Positions 16,705 through 25,785 of a DNA stretch of 64,000 bases are shown here, piece after piece. Below the pieces are notes generated by a model, which made no database searches, was not told the origin of the DNA, and worked only from the letters and a program-made list of their open reading frames with translations. Location of the stretch: NCBI GenBank assembly GCA_944377165.1, contig CALWEJ010000002.1, positions 2,912 through 66,911 of the forward strand, read 5' to 3'. The translations under genes were made by a program, and so were the position numbers. Position 1 is the stretch's first letter; the number at the start of each line of letters is the position of its first letter. The stretch comes from an uncultured Clostridia bacterium. GTDB taxonomy: Bacteria > Bacillota > Clostridia > Christensenellales > UBA1242.

Positions 16705-18118
16705 AAACAATAGTTTTAATAAGTTTGTTTCGTCTTTAAAAAAATATCCAACTAATGAAGTAGCAAAATTATTTAGTAAATATGAACGAGATTGTTATAA
16801 AGATTCAGAAAAAGGCATATTAACAGAAAAAGAATTCGATTATAAGTTTTATAAACAAAAAATATATATTAAACCTTGGCTATTTCCAGAAATCATTTAT
16901 TATAGCACATCTAATAATGACCATCGGAACGGTACCATTGTAGAAGATGATGCATGGGATATTTATGGTTTATATCAAAATTATGATATGGATAAAGAAG
17001 ATAATCATATTAAAAAATCAAATACGGATGAAAACATGGTATTTACTTATATTCTTTATGGAATTGCCCAACAACAATTTATATATCAAAAGTCTCATAG
17101 GTATATAAATCGTTTTAGTCGAAACTATCATTTATTGAAAGATATAGAAATAGATGGTGAATCATTGTCTACAATAGTAAAAGAAAAATTTTCCATATCA
17201 TTAAAGAAATATGTTGAGATGTTGACATTAATAACAATATTAAGCATGAAAAATGTTGTTATCAATACTGAACAAATATTATCCATTGTAAAAGATAAAG
17301 ACCTATATTTAGATATTATCGATTATTTGTCGGTTGACTACTATGAATGCAGAAATACAAAATTAAAACAAGATGTTTTTAAAGTAAAACCTATTTTACA
17401 TTCCCAGATGGATGAATATATTGTGCCTAGTTTTTGTCTTATGATGTATAATTTGGGAGATAACTTATATTGGTTACTTAAAGATAAATTTTCCAAAGGA
17501 AATAAATTTGTAGTTAAATTTGGCGAGATTTTTGAAAATTATGTTTACGAAGTCTTACTAAAACATTTTTCTGAAAAAGTTGTTAGAATTCCTCGAGTAG
17601 AAGGCAAAAAAAGTGCTGATTTTTACATTGAAAGCGATAAGTTTGTGTATTTAATTGAAGTAAAAAGTGGTGTTGCAAAATTAGATAGTAAAACTGCCGT
17701 TTTAAATCAAAAATCGTTAGATGATTTTATAAAAAACAATGTTACTGATGCAATACTTCAAATTGATGCTTCTGCACAAAAATTTAAAAACAAGAGGATA
17801 GTACCAATAGTGGCAAATTTTGATGTTTTATTTACAGAAGATTCTTTATTGCACAATATTGAGAATTTGTGTTGTGTTAAGAATTTTAATATAAAAGAAA
17901 CTATTTTATTAGGAATTGATGATTTTGAAAATTTTCTTTATACATATAAGAATCTTGAAAAGATTGATAAACTAATTGAAGATGTTTTAAAAGATAAAAA
18001 TTTATTGGGAGGAGTAAAAATATATAAATTGTTAGAGAATGTTAGAGGACATAAAAATTATTATTTCAAAGATGTTTTTAATATAAATAAGAATATATTA
18101 AATCAAAAGACTGATTAA
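16697..18118 (+). CDS. Hypothetical protein with a C-terminal PD-(D/E)xK nuclease-like motif
   Basis: RBS AAGGAG. GEIFENYVYEVL...KKSADFYIESDKFVYLIEVKSG (D...E-x-K). Overlaps the upstream ORF by 8 nt (ATGGATAA). Confidence 0.6.
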   Translation: MDKNNSFNKFVSSLKKYPTNEVAKLFSKYERDCYKDSEKGILTEKEFDYKFYKQKIYIKPWLFPEIIYYSTSNNDHRNGTIVEDDAWDIYGLYQNYDMDKEDNHIKKSNTDENMVFTYILYGIAQQQFIYQKSHRYINRFSRNYHLLKDIEIDGESLSTIVKEKFSISLKKYVEMLTLITILSMKNVVINTEQILSIVKDKDLYLDIIDYLSVDYYECRNTKLKQDVFKVKPILHSQMDEYIVPSFCLMMYNLGDNLYWLLKDKFSKGNKFVVKFGEIFENYVYEVLLKHFSEKVVRIPRVEGKKSADFYIESDKFVYLIEVKSGVAKLDSKTAVLNQKSLDDFIKNNVTDAILQIDASAQKFKNKRIVPIVANFDVLFTEDSLLHNIENLCCVKNFNIKETILLGIDDFENFLYTYKNLEKIDKLIEDVLKDKNLLGGVKIYKLLENVRGHKNYYFKDVFNINKNILNQKTD

Positions 18119-18133
18119 TTTCAGTCTTTTTTC
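18107..18133 (+). terminator. Rho-independent terminator
   Basis: AAGACTGA-TTAATT-TCAGTCTT followed by a T-run. The stem overlaps the stop codon. Confidence 0.7.
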
Positions 18134-18179
18134 TTGTAAAAGTTAATGATTTTTGTGAAATAAATGTAGTACTACAAAT

Positions 18180-18302
18180 TTGACAACAAACAGGGTGATT
18201 TTAGGTGGTTTTTGAGGGGTTTATATAAATAATTTTTTGAGTTGGAACTTTGAGCAAGATTTGAGAGTGAATTTTAATGAAAATTGTTGTCAATTGTTGT
18301 CA
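18180..18302. repeat. X-type words: TTGACAACA (18180-88), GATTTTAGGTGG (18197-208), TTGTTGTCA x2 (18284-92, 18294-302)
   Basis: Read directly. These are inverted relative to the copies at 831-957. Confidence 0.6.
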
Positions 18303-18375
18303 AAAATGCAAAATAGTTCGAATCTATCCCAGGAATTGAACAATGAAAAAACCCTTATAAAATAAGGGTTTTCTA

Positions 18376-18450
18376 TGGAGCTGGTGACGGGAATCGGACC
18401 CGTGACCCCCACCTTACCAAGGTGGTGCTCTACCGCTGAGCCACACCAGC
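18376..18450 (-). tRNA. tRNA-Thr (anticodon GGU), element-borne, CCA encoded
   Basis: revcomp = GCTGGTGTGGCTCAGCGGTAGAGCACCACCTTGGTAAGGTGGGGGTCACGGGTCCGATTCCCGTCACCAGCTCCA. All four stems pair. The T loop is UCCGAUU, which is non-canonical at position 55. Confidence 0.85.
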
Positions 18451-18513
18451 ATAGTGCTAAATATTGAGTTGTTTTTGCTAATTTTTTGGTTAGTTTTCGA
18501 GTGCCAACCAAGT

Positions 18514-18552
18514 CTTACCAAGGCGGTGCACTACCGACTGTGCTACATTAGC
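18514..18552 (-). pseudogene. Orphan 5' half of tRNA-Thr(GGU), copy A
   Basis: revcomp = GCTAATGTAGCACAGTCGGTAGTGCACCGCCTTGGTAAG (acceptor strand, D arm, 5' anticodon stem, loop). It is followed by non-tRNA sequence. Confidence 0.85.
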
Positions 18553-18613
18553 ATATTCAGTTTTTGAGTGAAATTTTATTGTTTTTCAAGTGGAAAAATT
18601 TGCCATTTTTTAT

Positions 18614-18652
18614 CTTACCAAGGCGGTGCACTACCGACTGTGCTACATTAGC
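18614..18652 (-). pseudogene. Orphan 5' half of tRNA-Thr(GGU), copy B (probable original host half)
   Basis: Identical to copy A and exactly 100 bp away. The identity extends 3 nt into the 5' flank. Confidence 0.85.
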
Positions 18653-19157
18653 ATATAAAATTTGTTTATGCTTTTAAATTTTAGTGTAGTTATAAACTTT
18701 CTAAATTAGAAGGTCAGCAACAAGCGATTATCATTTAAAGTTAATTTGTTTAATGTTAATCTATTATATATTAATTATCATTTTATGTCTATTGTTATGC
18801 TATGTGTAGAGATATAATCGTTTATAATAAACAAAAATTAGTGAGCTGTAGCAAATTTATTTAAGTTTAGTTATTTTTATTTTGTATGTATTTAATTTAG
18901 GTAGAGCATAACATTTTGTTTACTACAACTTTATTATTGTTTAATTGTAATTTATTTTTATAATTATGCACTACCTAATTTAATTAAACGAGGTTTTACT
19001 ATATTAGCTTTAGTTCTTTATATACATTGTGAAAGCATTTGTGAAAAACAATTAAGTCTGTTCAATATACTAAATATTTAGTATAAGAAAAGTATTTGTT
19101 GTGAAATTTAATTTTAGGGACGTAGAATAATATTTTTTAATTTAACATTTTATCTTG

Positions 19158-19904
19158 TTAGCAAGTCGCAGATTTATCGAATAATGATTGCTTATAGATT
19201 TCGCTAATATTCTTTTTATATTTAGGGATAGAGATTGAAGGTAATCCCCTTGATACTATAACTTCATTTATTGAAATTATATTGTCTACGAATTTATAAT
19301 AATCATCAACTGTTTTAAAACCTTTTTTTTCGAACAATTCTAGGACATTCTTAACGGCAAAATTTTCATTCTTTTTATTTATAGCGAAGAATTTATTATT
19401 AAGTTTGAATTGGGTTATGCCTTTAGGAGAAATCTTAACAACCCCTAAAATAAATTTAGGAAATAATTTTTCAATTTCAAGTTCGTCAAGGACACATTGT
19501 AATCCAAGTTTTCTATATTCGTTTTCCTCTATAATCTTACCCAATAGTATATTTTGCAACTTTTGAGGTATTGACGATACAACAACATATCTGTTGCCAT
19601 TTGTATCAGTTCGACCATAATCATAATGAAGAATTTTATCAACATCGACCGAATTGTCTTCACTAGAATTAATAAGGACATTTGTTGACAAAACTCCAGA
19701 TGATACGTAATTGTTAGAATCCTTAAAATTCCTTTTAATAAGCAATCCGTCATTTAAAATATCGTTTAGATGTTCAATCCCATAAGCTCCCGGAGCGTGG
19801 CATAAAATCTGGTCATTTTCTAAAGAATCTTCTTTAATTATCCCTGATGTTTTTAATAATTTAGCGAAAGATTTATTATCAATATTTGTCCAATTAAAAG
19901 TCAT
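19158..19904 (-). CDS. Hypothetical protein
   Basis: 248-aa ORF with RBS AAGGAA. No motif recognised. Confidence 0.55.
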   Translation of the reverse strand: MTFNWTNIDNKSFAKLLKTSGIIKEDSLENDQILCHAPGAYGIEHLNDILNDGLLIKRNFKDSNNYVSSGVLSTNVLINSSEDNSVDVDKILHYDYGRTDTNGNRYVVVSSIPQKLQNILLGKIIEENEYRKLGLQCVLDELEIEKLFPKFILGVVKISPKGITQFKLNNKFFAINKKNENFAVKNVLELFEKKGFKTVDDYYKFVDNIISINEVIVSRGLPSISIPKYKKNISEIYKQSLFDKSATC

Positions 19905-20020
19905 AATTGTTCCTTTATCTGTATTAAATAGTTTTACATTTTCGAATATCGATAACGTAGGTTATTTTAGCATATTTTTTTATATTAAGCAAACATAAAG
20001 ATATAAATAATTATGAAATT

Positions 20021-20419
20021 TTACAATAAACTATTATTTATACTTATTTCTTCGTTCAAAATACTTCTGCAAGCTTCAAGGCAGGTGTAATTTATGCTAT
20101 CAATTTGAGAAGATATAAGTTTTTGACCTTCTAAAGAATTGAGTTTTTCGTCATTTATTTCTACACTAGTCGGCGACACATCGCAAATAGTCGAAACTTT
20201 CTCCAAACATAATTTTTTTGCTTCGGCAGTATGAGAGAAAGAATATAATTCATTTGTGTTTTTAATTGTGTGGCTTATAACTTTATCAACAAAATCATAA
20301 AGCTCTGTCTTAAAAAAAGATGTTCTACCTGTTGCTTCATAATCTTTAACAATTTTATAAATAATTATAGGAGAAAAATCAACTATCATATACACCTCTA
20401 TGTTATTTTTCGATTGCAT
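20021..20419 (-). CDS. Hypothetical protein
   Basis: 132-aa ORF with a weak RBS. No motif recognised. Confidence 0.45.
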   Translation of the reverse strand: MQSKNNIEVYMIVDFSPIIIYKIVKDYEATGRTSFFKTELYDFVDKVISHTIKNTNELYSFSHTAEAKKLCLEKVSTICDVSPTSVEINDEKLNSLEGQKLISSQIDSINYTCLEACRSILNEEISINNSLL

Positions 20420-20853
20420 TTTAACTTCTTAAATTTAAAGTTATTTTCAGAAATGACTCTGATATGCTTCCATTAAAATACATTGCAATCTATGTTTTTA
20501 TTTTATCATAAATTCGAATAAATGTCAATACACTATTTTAGACTATATCTGACTATGGTTATATAAGAGGGTATCATAAATTAAAATGGTAAAATTTGTC
20601 TATATATCAATTTTTCGATATTGGTTATATTTATATAATTTACGCAATTAATATGTTTGAATAAAAAAGACTCCATATAAGGTGAAGTCTTTTTTAATTT
20701 AGAGATAAGATGTATTTTAGAATAATGCTCAGTAATATTTAATGATGAGAATATAAAATATAAATTTACTATTGATTATTTATTATCTTTATTATACATT
20801 TAATATTATATTTGTGTTATATTAACATCTATTTAATAATGTATAATAGAAAA

Positions 20854-21717
20854 TTATATCTTTATTTTTGACTTATCTACAGTTGTGTATGTAAGTGGGA
20901 TATTATAAGTCTTTTCATATAAATCTTTCCATAGTTTATAATTTTCTTGACGCATATAATCAACATTGTCTTTCTCTGAAAGGTTTTCCTTAGGATAAAT
21001 TGGGGACAATATGTGTAGAGTATAATCGCCGAAGTTTGCGCGATTTAGCTCGTCAACTTCTTCTTTTTTTGGCTTAATGGTGATAAATAAAGGTAATATT
21101 GGCACATTGTGTTTAACAGCATAATGAAAAGCACCGTTTTTTAATGGTCTAGGTTTAATGTAGTCACGCCACATTGATTGCTCCGGATACATCAATATCT
21201 TTTTGCCTTTAGACAAATAATATTCTATTGATTCATTAAATTTACGCATTATCTTTTTATTAAGTGTGGTAGGCAATGGAAGATAACCAGTATTCCTTCC
21301 TATAACTCCCATTTCACCTTTCCAATTATTAAAATCGGCAGCGACATACATTATATCCATACCTAGCGCTTGGCGGATAGGGAACGAATCCGCCTTGCTT
21401 ATATGGTTGCAGGTGACAATAGCTCCGCCTTTAAAATGTTTCAAATTTTCTTTGCCAACGATTTTTAAATTAAGGAGTTTCTTATTTATTTTTTTTGTAT
21501 ATATTTTTAAGACTGCTAAATAAATTTTATGTAAAATTGCGTTTTTGACTCCCTTTTTAATATATTCATAATCTTCGGTTACAGGGTCGCAGGCATTCCA
21601 ATCTACCGGGTCAGTATCCTTATTAAATTCGCCATTTAATTCGAACTCTTTTTCTAAAGCCTTCCATTTATCATAAGAAGCTTTATCTTCTTTCAACATA
21701 TTAATATCTAATTTCAT
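20854..21717 (-). CDS. Lysophospholipid (1-acyl-glycerol-3-phosphate-type) acyltransferase family protein
   Basis: HX4D motif CNHISKADS. I chose the start at the ATG at 21717, which is preceded by AGGAG; the track start at 21744 has no RBS. Confidence 0.7.
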   Translation of the reverse strand: MKLDINMLKEDKASYDKWKALEKEFELNGEFNKDTDPVDWNACDPVTEDYEYIKKGVKNAILHKIYLAVLKIYTKKINKKLLNLKIVGKENLKHFKGGAIVTCNHISKADSFPIRQALGMDIMYVAADFNNWKGEMGVIGRNTGYLPLPTTLNKKIMRKFNESIEYYLSKGKKILMYPEQSMWRDYIKPRPLKNGAFHYAVKHNVPILPLFITIKPKKEEVDELNRANFGDYTLHILSPIYPKENLSEKDNVDYMRQENYKLWKDLYEKTYNIPLTYTTVDKSKIKI

Positions 21718-21972
21718 AAACACTCCTAAAATAATATAGCACAATAATTAATAAATATCAAATATATTGAATTCATAGAATAAAACTAATAATCAATTGT
21801 AATGTTAAATTAAATATAAACTATAAATATTAGATTGTTAAACATTAAATTATTTTTTATGTAAAAATTCAATTATTACTATTACAATAGTGGATTTTAA
21901 TCTAAAATATGTAGAAAAATAGATACAAGATTAATTAGTTGTATGTTATAATGAAATTACGGAGGTTTGTAT

Positions 21973-23643
21973 ATGCAAAAGTTAATACAACAAATTTATA
22001 GTGATGGTATTATACCTATAATGAGCGACGAGGGGATACTTAAAGTTTTTCAATTTTATTATGAAAGATGTGTAAAAGGGCTTCCGCTCTCATACGGGAA
22101 GGGTTATTACGGTGGCCCATCACGAATTATAAGACTAACAACCAGTAAGAAAAGAATTGATGATTTGGATTTTAATAAAGAAAAAGTTGAAGCATATGTT
22201 AACGAGGAACTTAAAAATTTGTATGGTTCTGCTTTTTGTGGAAATATTTATGAGGATTTTCCTCTCAAAAATTTTGTCAAAAGCAAATCGGGTATGGGAT
22301 ATGATGCGAGAATTTATATAAATGCGCCATTTGGGAAAGTTCGGTACGAATTTGTATTGATGTATGCAAAAAAGTGCAAAGAAAGAGGTATCCCTTGTAA
22401 TGCAAAGTTTTTTGAAAAACTTTCTACAAGTGCCTCAATTGATAATATGATATTGTATACTACTCACGAAAATTTACAAACAAATTTGGAAATTTTAGAA
22501 GAAATAAAACGTGAACTTCCACAATTTGCTGAATGTTGTGGCTCACCTATTGCAACAGCTTTAAACTATTCATATTATGCACTTTCTCATTATGGAGACT
22601 TTGGTGCAACATATAACCACTGGTTTAACAATCTTTCAAGTAGAGCTTTTTGCATTACCATAGCAAGATTTATTAGAGAAAATACGGATTTTTATAACTC
22701 TTTAGATCCTAAAGAGAAGTCAATTATTAATTTAATAATGAACTCTGCAAATTTAATAAGAAAAAGCCAGGTCAAAAAAATAGAAACTGTTATGCCAAGA
22801 GAGCTCCAAGGAATTGATATAGAGAAGGAAGATTATCCTATTGTTTTCAATCTATTTAAAAGATTTTTAGAAACAAATATGAAGATAGGAAATGATGAAA
22901 TAATAGAAAAGTTTAAAGATAGTATTTTAACAATTGCTTCACTAAGTAATTTTGGAGATACTAAACACAAAAATATGCCAATTAGTTTAAAAGAAAGTGA
23001 TTATTTGTCATTAGGAGTAAATCCAGAAGAAATTACTAAAAATGGTGAGGACAATAAAGAAATTAAGAAGCCTTATTCAAAAGAAAAAATTATCAAAATG
23101 CTTGCTTCCGATGAGCAAAAATTAAAGATTGAAGTTATGCTAGTTGGTTATTCTGCCGCTGAGGTTAAAGGAAAAACAAAAAAAGAATTACAAAAAATGC
23201 TTTTTGAAAGAATTACACTTGATAGCGAAAGTTTGATAAATATTTTATGTGGTGGCGAAGTTCAATTAAAACGATTCTTGTTATATTTTGGAGCAACAGC
23301 AGAAGATATATCAAATAAATCCCGCGAAGAACTTGAAGAAATGTTTATAAATAAGTTTGGTTTAGATGAAATTATCAAGGCAAGAAAAGAAGTGAAAGAA
23401 CAGGAAAGTGTTTCAGGTAAAAAAAGATATCACGGATACGAAAATGTATTATCTTCAATGCGGTTAAATCGCGGAAAATCAATAATTGAAAGTGAAGAAT
23501 TTAAAACATTAAAGACAAAAGAAGAGAAAACCGATTTTCTTAGTTCACTGCCGCCAACTGAACTTGAAGATGCTGAAATTTACTACACAAATAAACAAAA
23601 TTTACAAAAAATTGCAGAAGACACAGCATCATTATTATTGTAA
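21973..23643 (+). CDS. Hypothetical protein (C-terminal pair of helix-extended-helix-like repeats)
   Basis: The ATG at 21973 lies 7 nt after GGAGG. The extended -10 TGtTATAAT is at 21944-52. There are repeated KKELQKMLFERI and REELEEMFINKF segments. Confidence 0.65.
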   Translation: MQKLIQQIYSDGIIPIMSDEGILKVFQFYYERCVKGLPLSYGKGYYGGPSRIIRLTTSKKRIDDLDFNKEKVEAYVNEELKNLYGSAFCGNIYEDFPLKNFVKSKSGMGYDARIYINAPFGKVRYEFVLMYAKKCKERGIPCNAKFFEKLSTSASIDNMILYTTHENLQTNLEILEEIKRELPQFAECCGSPIATALNYSYYALSHYGDFGATYNHWFNNLSSRAFCITIARFIRENTDFYNSLDPKEKSIINLIMNSANLIRKSQVKKIETVMPRELQGIDIEKEDYPIVFNLFKRFLETNMKIGNDEIIEKFKDSILTIASLSNFGDTKHKNMPISLKESDYLSLGVNPEEITKNGEDNKEIKKPYSKEKIIKMLASDEQKLKIEVMLVGYSAAEVKGKTKKELQKMLFERITLDSESLINILCGGEVQLKRFLLYFGATAEDISNKSREELEEMFINKFGLDEIIKARKEVKEQESVSGKKRYHGYENVLSSMRLNRGKSIIESEEFKTLKTKEEKTDFLSSLPPTELEDAEIYYTNKQNLQKIAEDTASLLL

Positions 23644-23687
23644 AATTTTTACTTAATTTATCTTATAATTTTATAAGGAGTTTAACT

Positions 23688-23905
23688 ATGAAAAATATAA
23701 CAATAATTATAGGTGGTCAAGAGGTGTTGGAAAAGAACTTGCGAAAGAATTTTTGCTTAAAGGCGAAAATGTCGCAATCATCTCTCGAACAAAAAGTGAA
23801 CTTGAAAAGACAAAAGAAGAATTATCTATACTAACTATAAATGATGTTGTCGCTTATGTTGGCGATATCAGTGATGAAAACTTTGTTAAACTTTTTTTAC
23901 TCTGA
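23688..23905 (+). pseudogene. Truncated, frameshifted short-chain dehydrogenase fragment
   Basis: MKNITIIIGG is followed in another frame by RGVGKELAKEFLLKGENVAIISRTKSELEKTKEEL...DISDENF, i.e. an N-terminal Rossmann segment only. Stop at 23903-05. Confidence 0.6.
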
Positions 23906-24023
23906 TGATTTCTGCAATCACGCAAAAGAGTATAAAGATTGGGTTTGTGCGGTTTTGAAAAATACTGCAAGTAAATTAGTATATCTAGTTTTAATTTTGT
24001 TGTAAAAATATAGGGAACATAAT

Positions 24024-24875
24024 ATGAGTAATAATAAAAGTAATTTTGAAAGTGTTATACCAACAGCACTGCATACAATTTATCCTTTAATCTTTACCGA
24101 TATACCTTATGTTAAGGAAATATTTGATGAACTTTGTAAAAAGGGATTTCCAGAAGAATTAAAAAATGATAAGCTTGTTTTTGAAATTGAGGGAAGATAT
24201 AAATTAATTAATAGTTTACTTGAAAAAACAAATATAACACAAGTATTAGAATTTGCTTGTGGTTATACTCCAAGAGGGCTAAATTATTGCTTAAATAATA
24301 AAAATATTGTATATGTTGAGCTTGATTTCCAGAAAGTGATTAATAGCAAACAAGTGATTCTTAATAAAATTGTTGAAGTACCTAAAAATCTTCATTTTGT
24401 TGCGGGAAATGCTCTTGATAAAAATGATTTGCAAAAATGTTTAAAATATTTTGAATTATCAAAACCAATTGCAATTATCAATCAAGGACTTATGCGTTAT
24501 TTAGATTTTGGTGAAAAAAGATTGCTTGCAAGCAATGTTTACTCTATAATAGAACCAAACAATGGAGTTTGGCTAACTTGCGATTTCACACCAGCTGAAT
24601 TTATCAAAAACCAAGACAATAATTTAAGTGATGAAAATAACTACAATAAAAATTTAGCAAAAGTCACAGATAGAAACAATGCAAGATGGAGATTTAAAGA
24701 TAAGGAAGATGCTGAGCAATTTGTTAAATCAATTGGCTTAAAAATGGAATGGCACGAATTTACAGAATCAATACCAATGCTTTCTTCAATAAGAATTTTA
24801 AAACAAGCAGAAAAGAAAGTTAAACCATATTTAAAAGACGCGTATGTCTCAGTTTTAACTATTAATAAAGGTTAA
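24024..24875 (+). CDS. Class I SAM-dependent methyltransferase (substrate unknown)
   Basis: Motif I-like VLEFACGYTPRG followed by an acidic-loop VELD pattern. Confidence 0.55.
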   Translation: MSNNKSNFESVIPTALHTIYPLIFTDIPYVKEIFDELCKKGFPEELKNDKLVFEIEGRYKLINSLLEKTNITQVLEFACGYTPRGLNYCLNNKNIVYVELDFQKVINSKQVILNKIVEVPKNLHFVAGNALDKNDLQKCLKYFELSKPIAIINQGLMRYLDFGEKRLLASNVYSIIEPNNGVWLTCDFTPAEFIKNQDNNLSDENNYNKNLAKVTDRNNARWRFKDKEDAEQFVKSIGLKMEWHEFTESIPMLSSIRILKQAEKKVKPYLKDAYVSVLTINKG

Positions 24876-24930
24876 GAAATATATATAAAAATATATATAA
24901 AATTCATAGGTATTATGTTATAATCATTTT

Positions 24931-25255
24931 ATGAAAATAGTAGCTTACTCAGATTTACACGGAAATAAATATGCGCTTGAAGAATTGCAAAAAACAAAGG
25001 ATTATAAAAACGCAGACTTAAGAATCTTTTTAGGTGACGCTGTGGCTATGTGTCCATATTCTAATGAATGTCTAAAAGGAATTTGGGGGAATGGAGATAT
25101 ATTTTTGCTCGGGAATCATGATGGTTATTGTGCTTATGGATTGCCTAAGGAAGAAAATCTTTTATGACGTAGGAAGATTAAAAAGAGAAATTCTCGAAGC
25201 AAATTATCCGCTTCCACGAATCCCAACTTATTATAGCAACTGGTTCGACCAATAA
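24931..25255 (+). pseudogene. Decayed metallophosphoesterase (YfcE-like)
   Basis: MKIVAYSDLHGN...LGDAV...GNHDG motifs are followed by a premature TGA at 25165. A C-terminal-looking peptide (VGRLKREILEANYPLPRIPTYYSNWFDQ) continues in another frame to 25255. The total is far shorter than family members. Confidence 0.5.
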
Positions 25256-25275
25256 TTATAGGGGAGAATAAAAAG

Positions 25276-25693
25276 ATGACTGATAAAGAATATATGCAAA
25301 TTGCAATAGAAATTTCTAAAAAAAGCAAAATTCCCTATGGAGCGATAATTGTTAAAGATGATAAAATGCTTGGAAGAAGTGATAATTTCAATGCGAACGA
25401 ATTGTATCGTCATGCGGAATATAAAGCAATACAAGATGCAATACAAAAGAAAAGTATACATAATCAACTTTGTGGAGCAACAATATATATTTTATTTGAT
25501 TAAATGCAATTTTTTAAGAGAGCATAACAATAATAATTTATTTGCAACCATTCAAGATATCAGCGGTTTGTATAGTGAAAAAATTGTGTTTTCAATTACT
25601 GATGTTATAAAGTTATCTAGCAAAAAAACTGAAGTTTTAAATATTATGAGAAATGAGGCAGTAGAAGTTTTGAAAAGGGCGGGAAATAAATAA
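25276..25693 (+). pseudogene. Decayed CDA-fold (cytidine/tRNA-adenosine-type) deaminase
   Basis: The HAE motif is present (RHAEYKAI), but the frame stops at 25503 where the PCxxC motif is expected. The C-terminal remainder is in another frame, ending at 25693. Confidence 0.5.
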
Positions 25694-25785
25694 AAATTTA
25701 AATAAGAAAAGCAACTTTTATGATTTGCAAAAAATCTAACATCTCGTTTTTTAAGATGATTTGAAAAATAAAAGGATTTGTACAA

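Larger units (their letters stand above)
743..18513. mobile_element. Integrative mobilizable element X (~17.8 kb) inserted in the anticodon loop of a tRNA-Thr gene
   Basis: Bounded by split tRNA halves, with the 9-bp core CTTACCAAG at 734-742 and 18514-18522. Carries a tyrosine integrase, Xis-like HTH, relaxase plus RHH protein and its own tRNA-Thr. No T4SS genes were seen. Element-specific TTGACAACA words occur near both ends. Confidence 0.6.

Noticed and set aside
18514-18655. Two identical 42-nt repeats spaced 100 bp apart, considered as a mini CRISPR or tandem repeat
   Set aside because: The repeat is a tRNA 5' half. There are only two copies, no cas genes, and the spacer is homologous to element-end sequence. 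Nested integration explains it better.
18896-18978. Inverted pair of TTAGGTAG words in the presumed host flank
   Set aside because: These are 8-mers only and no accompanying TGACACCTAY words are present. I mention them under the flank finding but they are not strong enough to call an element end.
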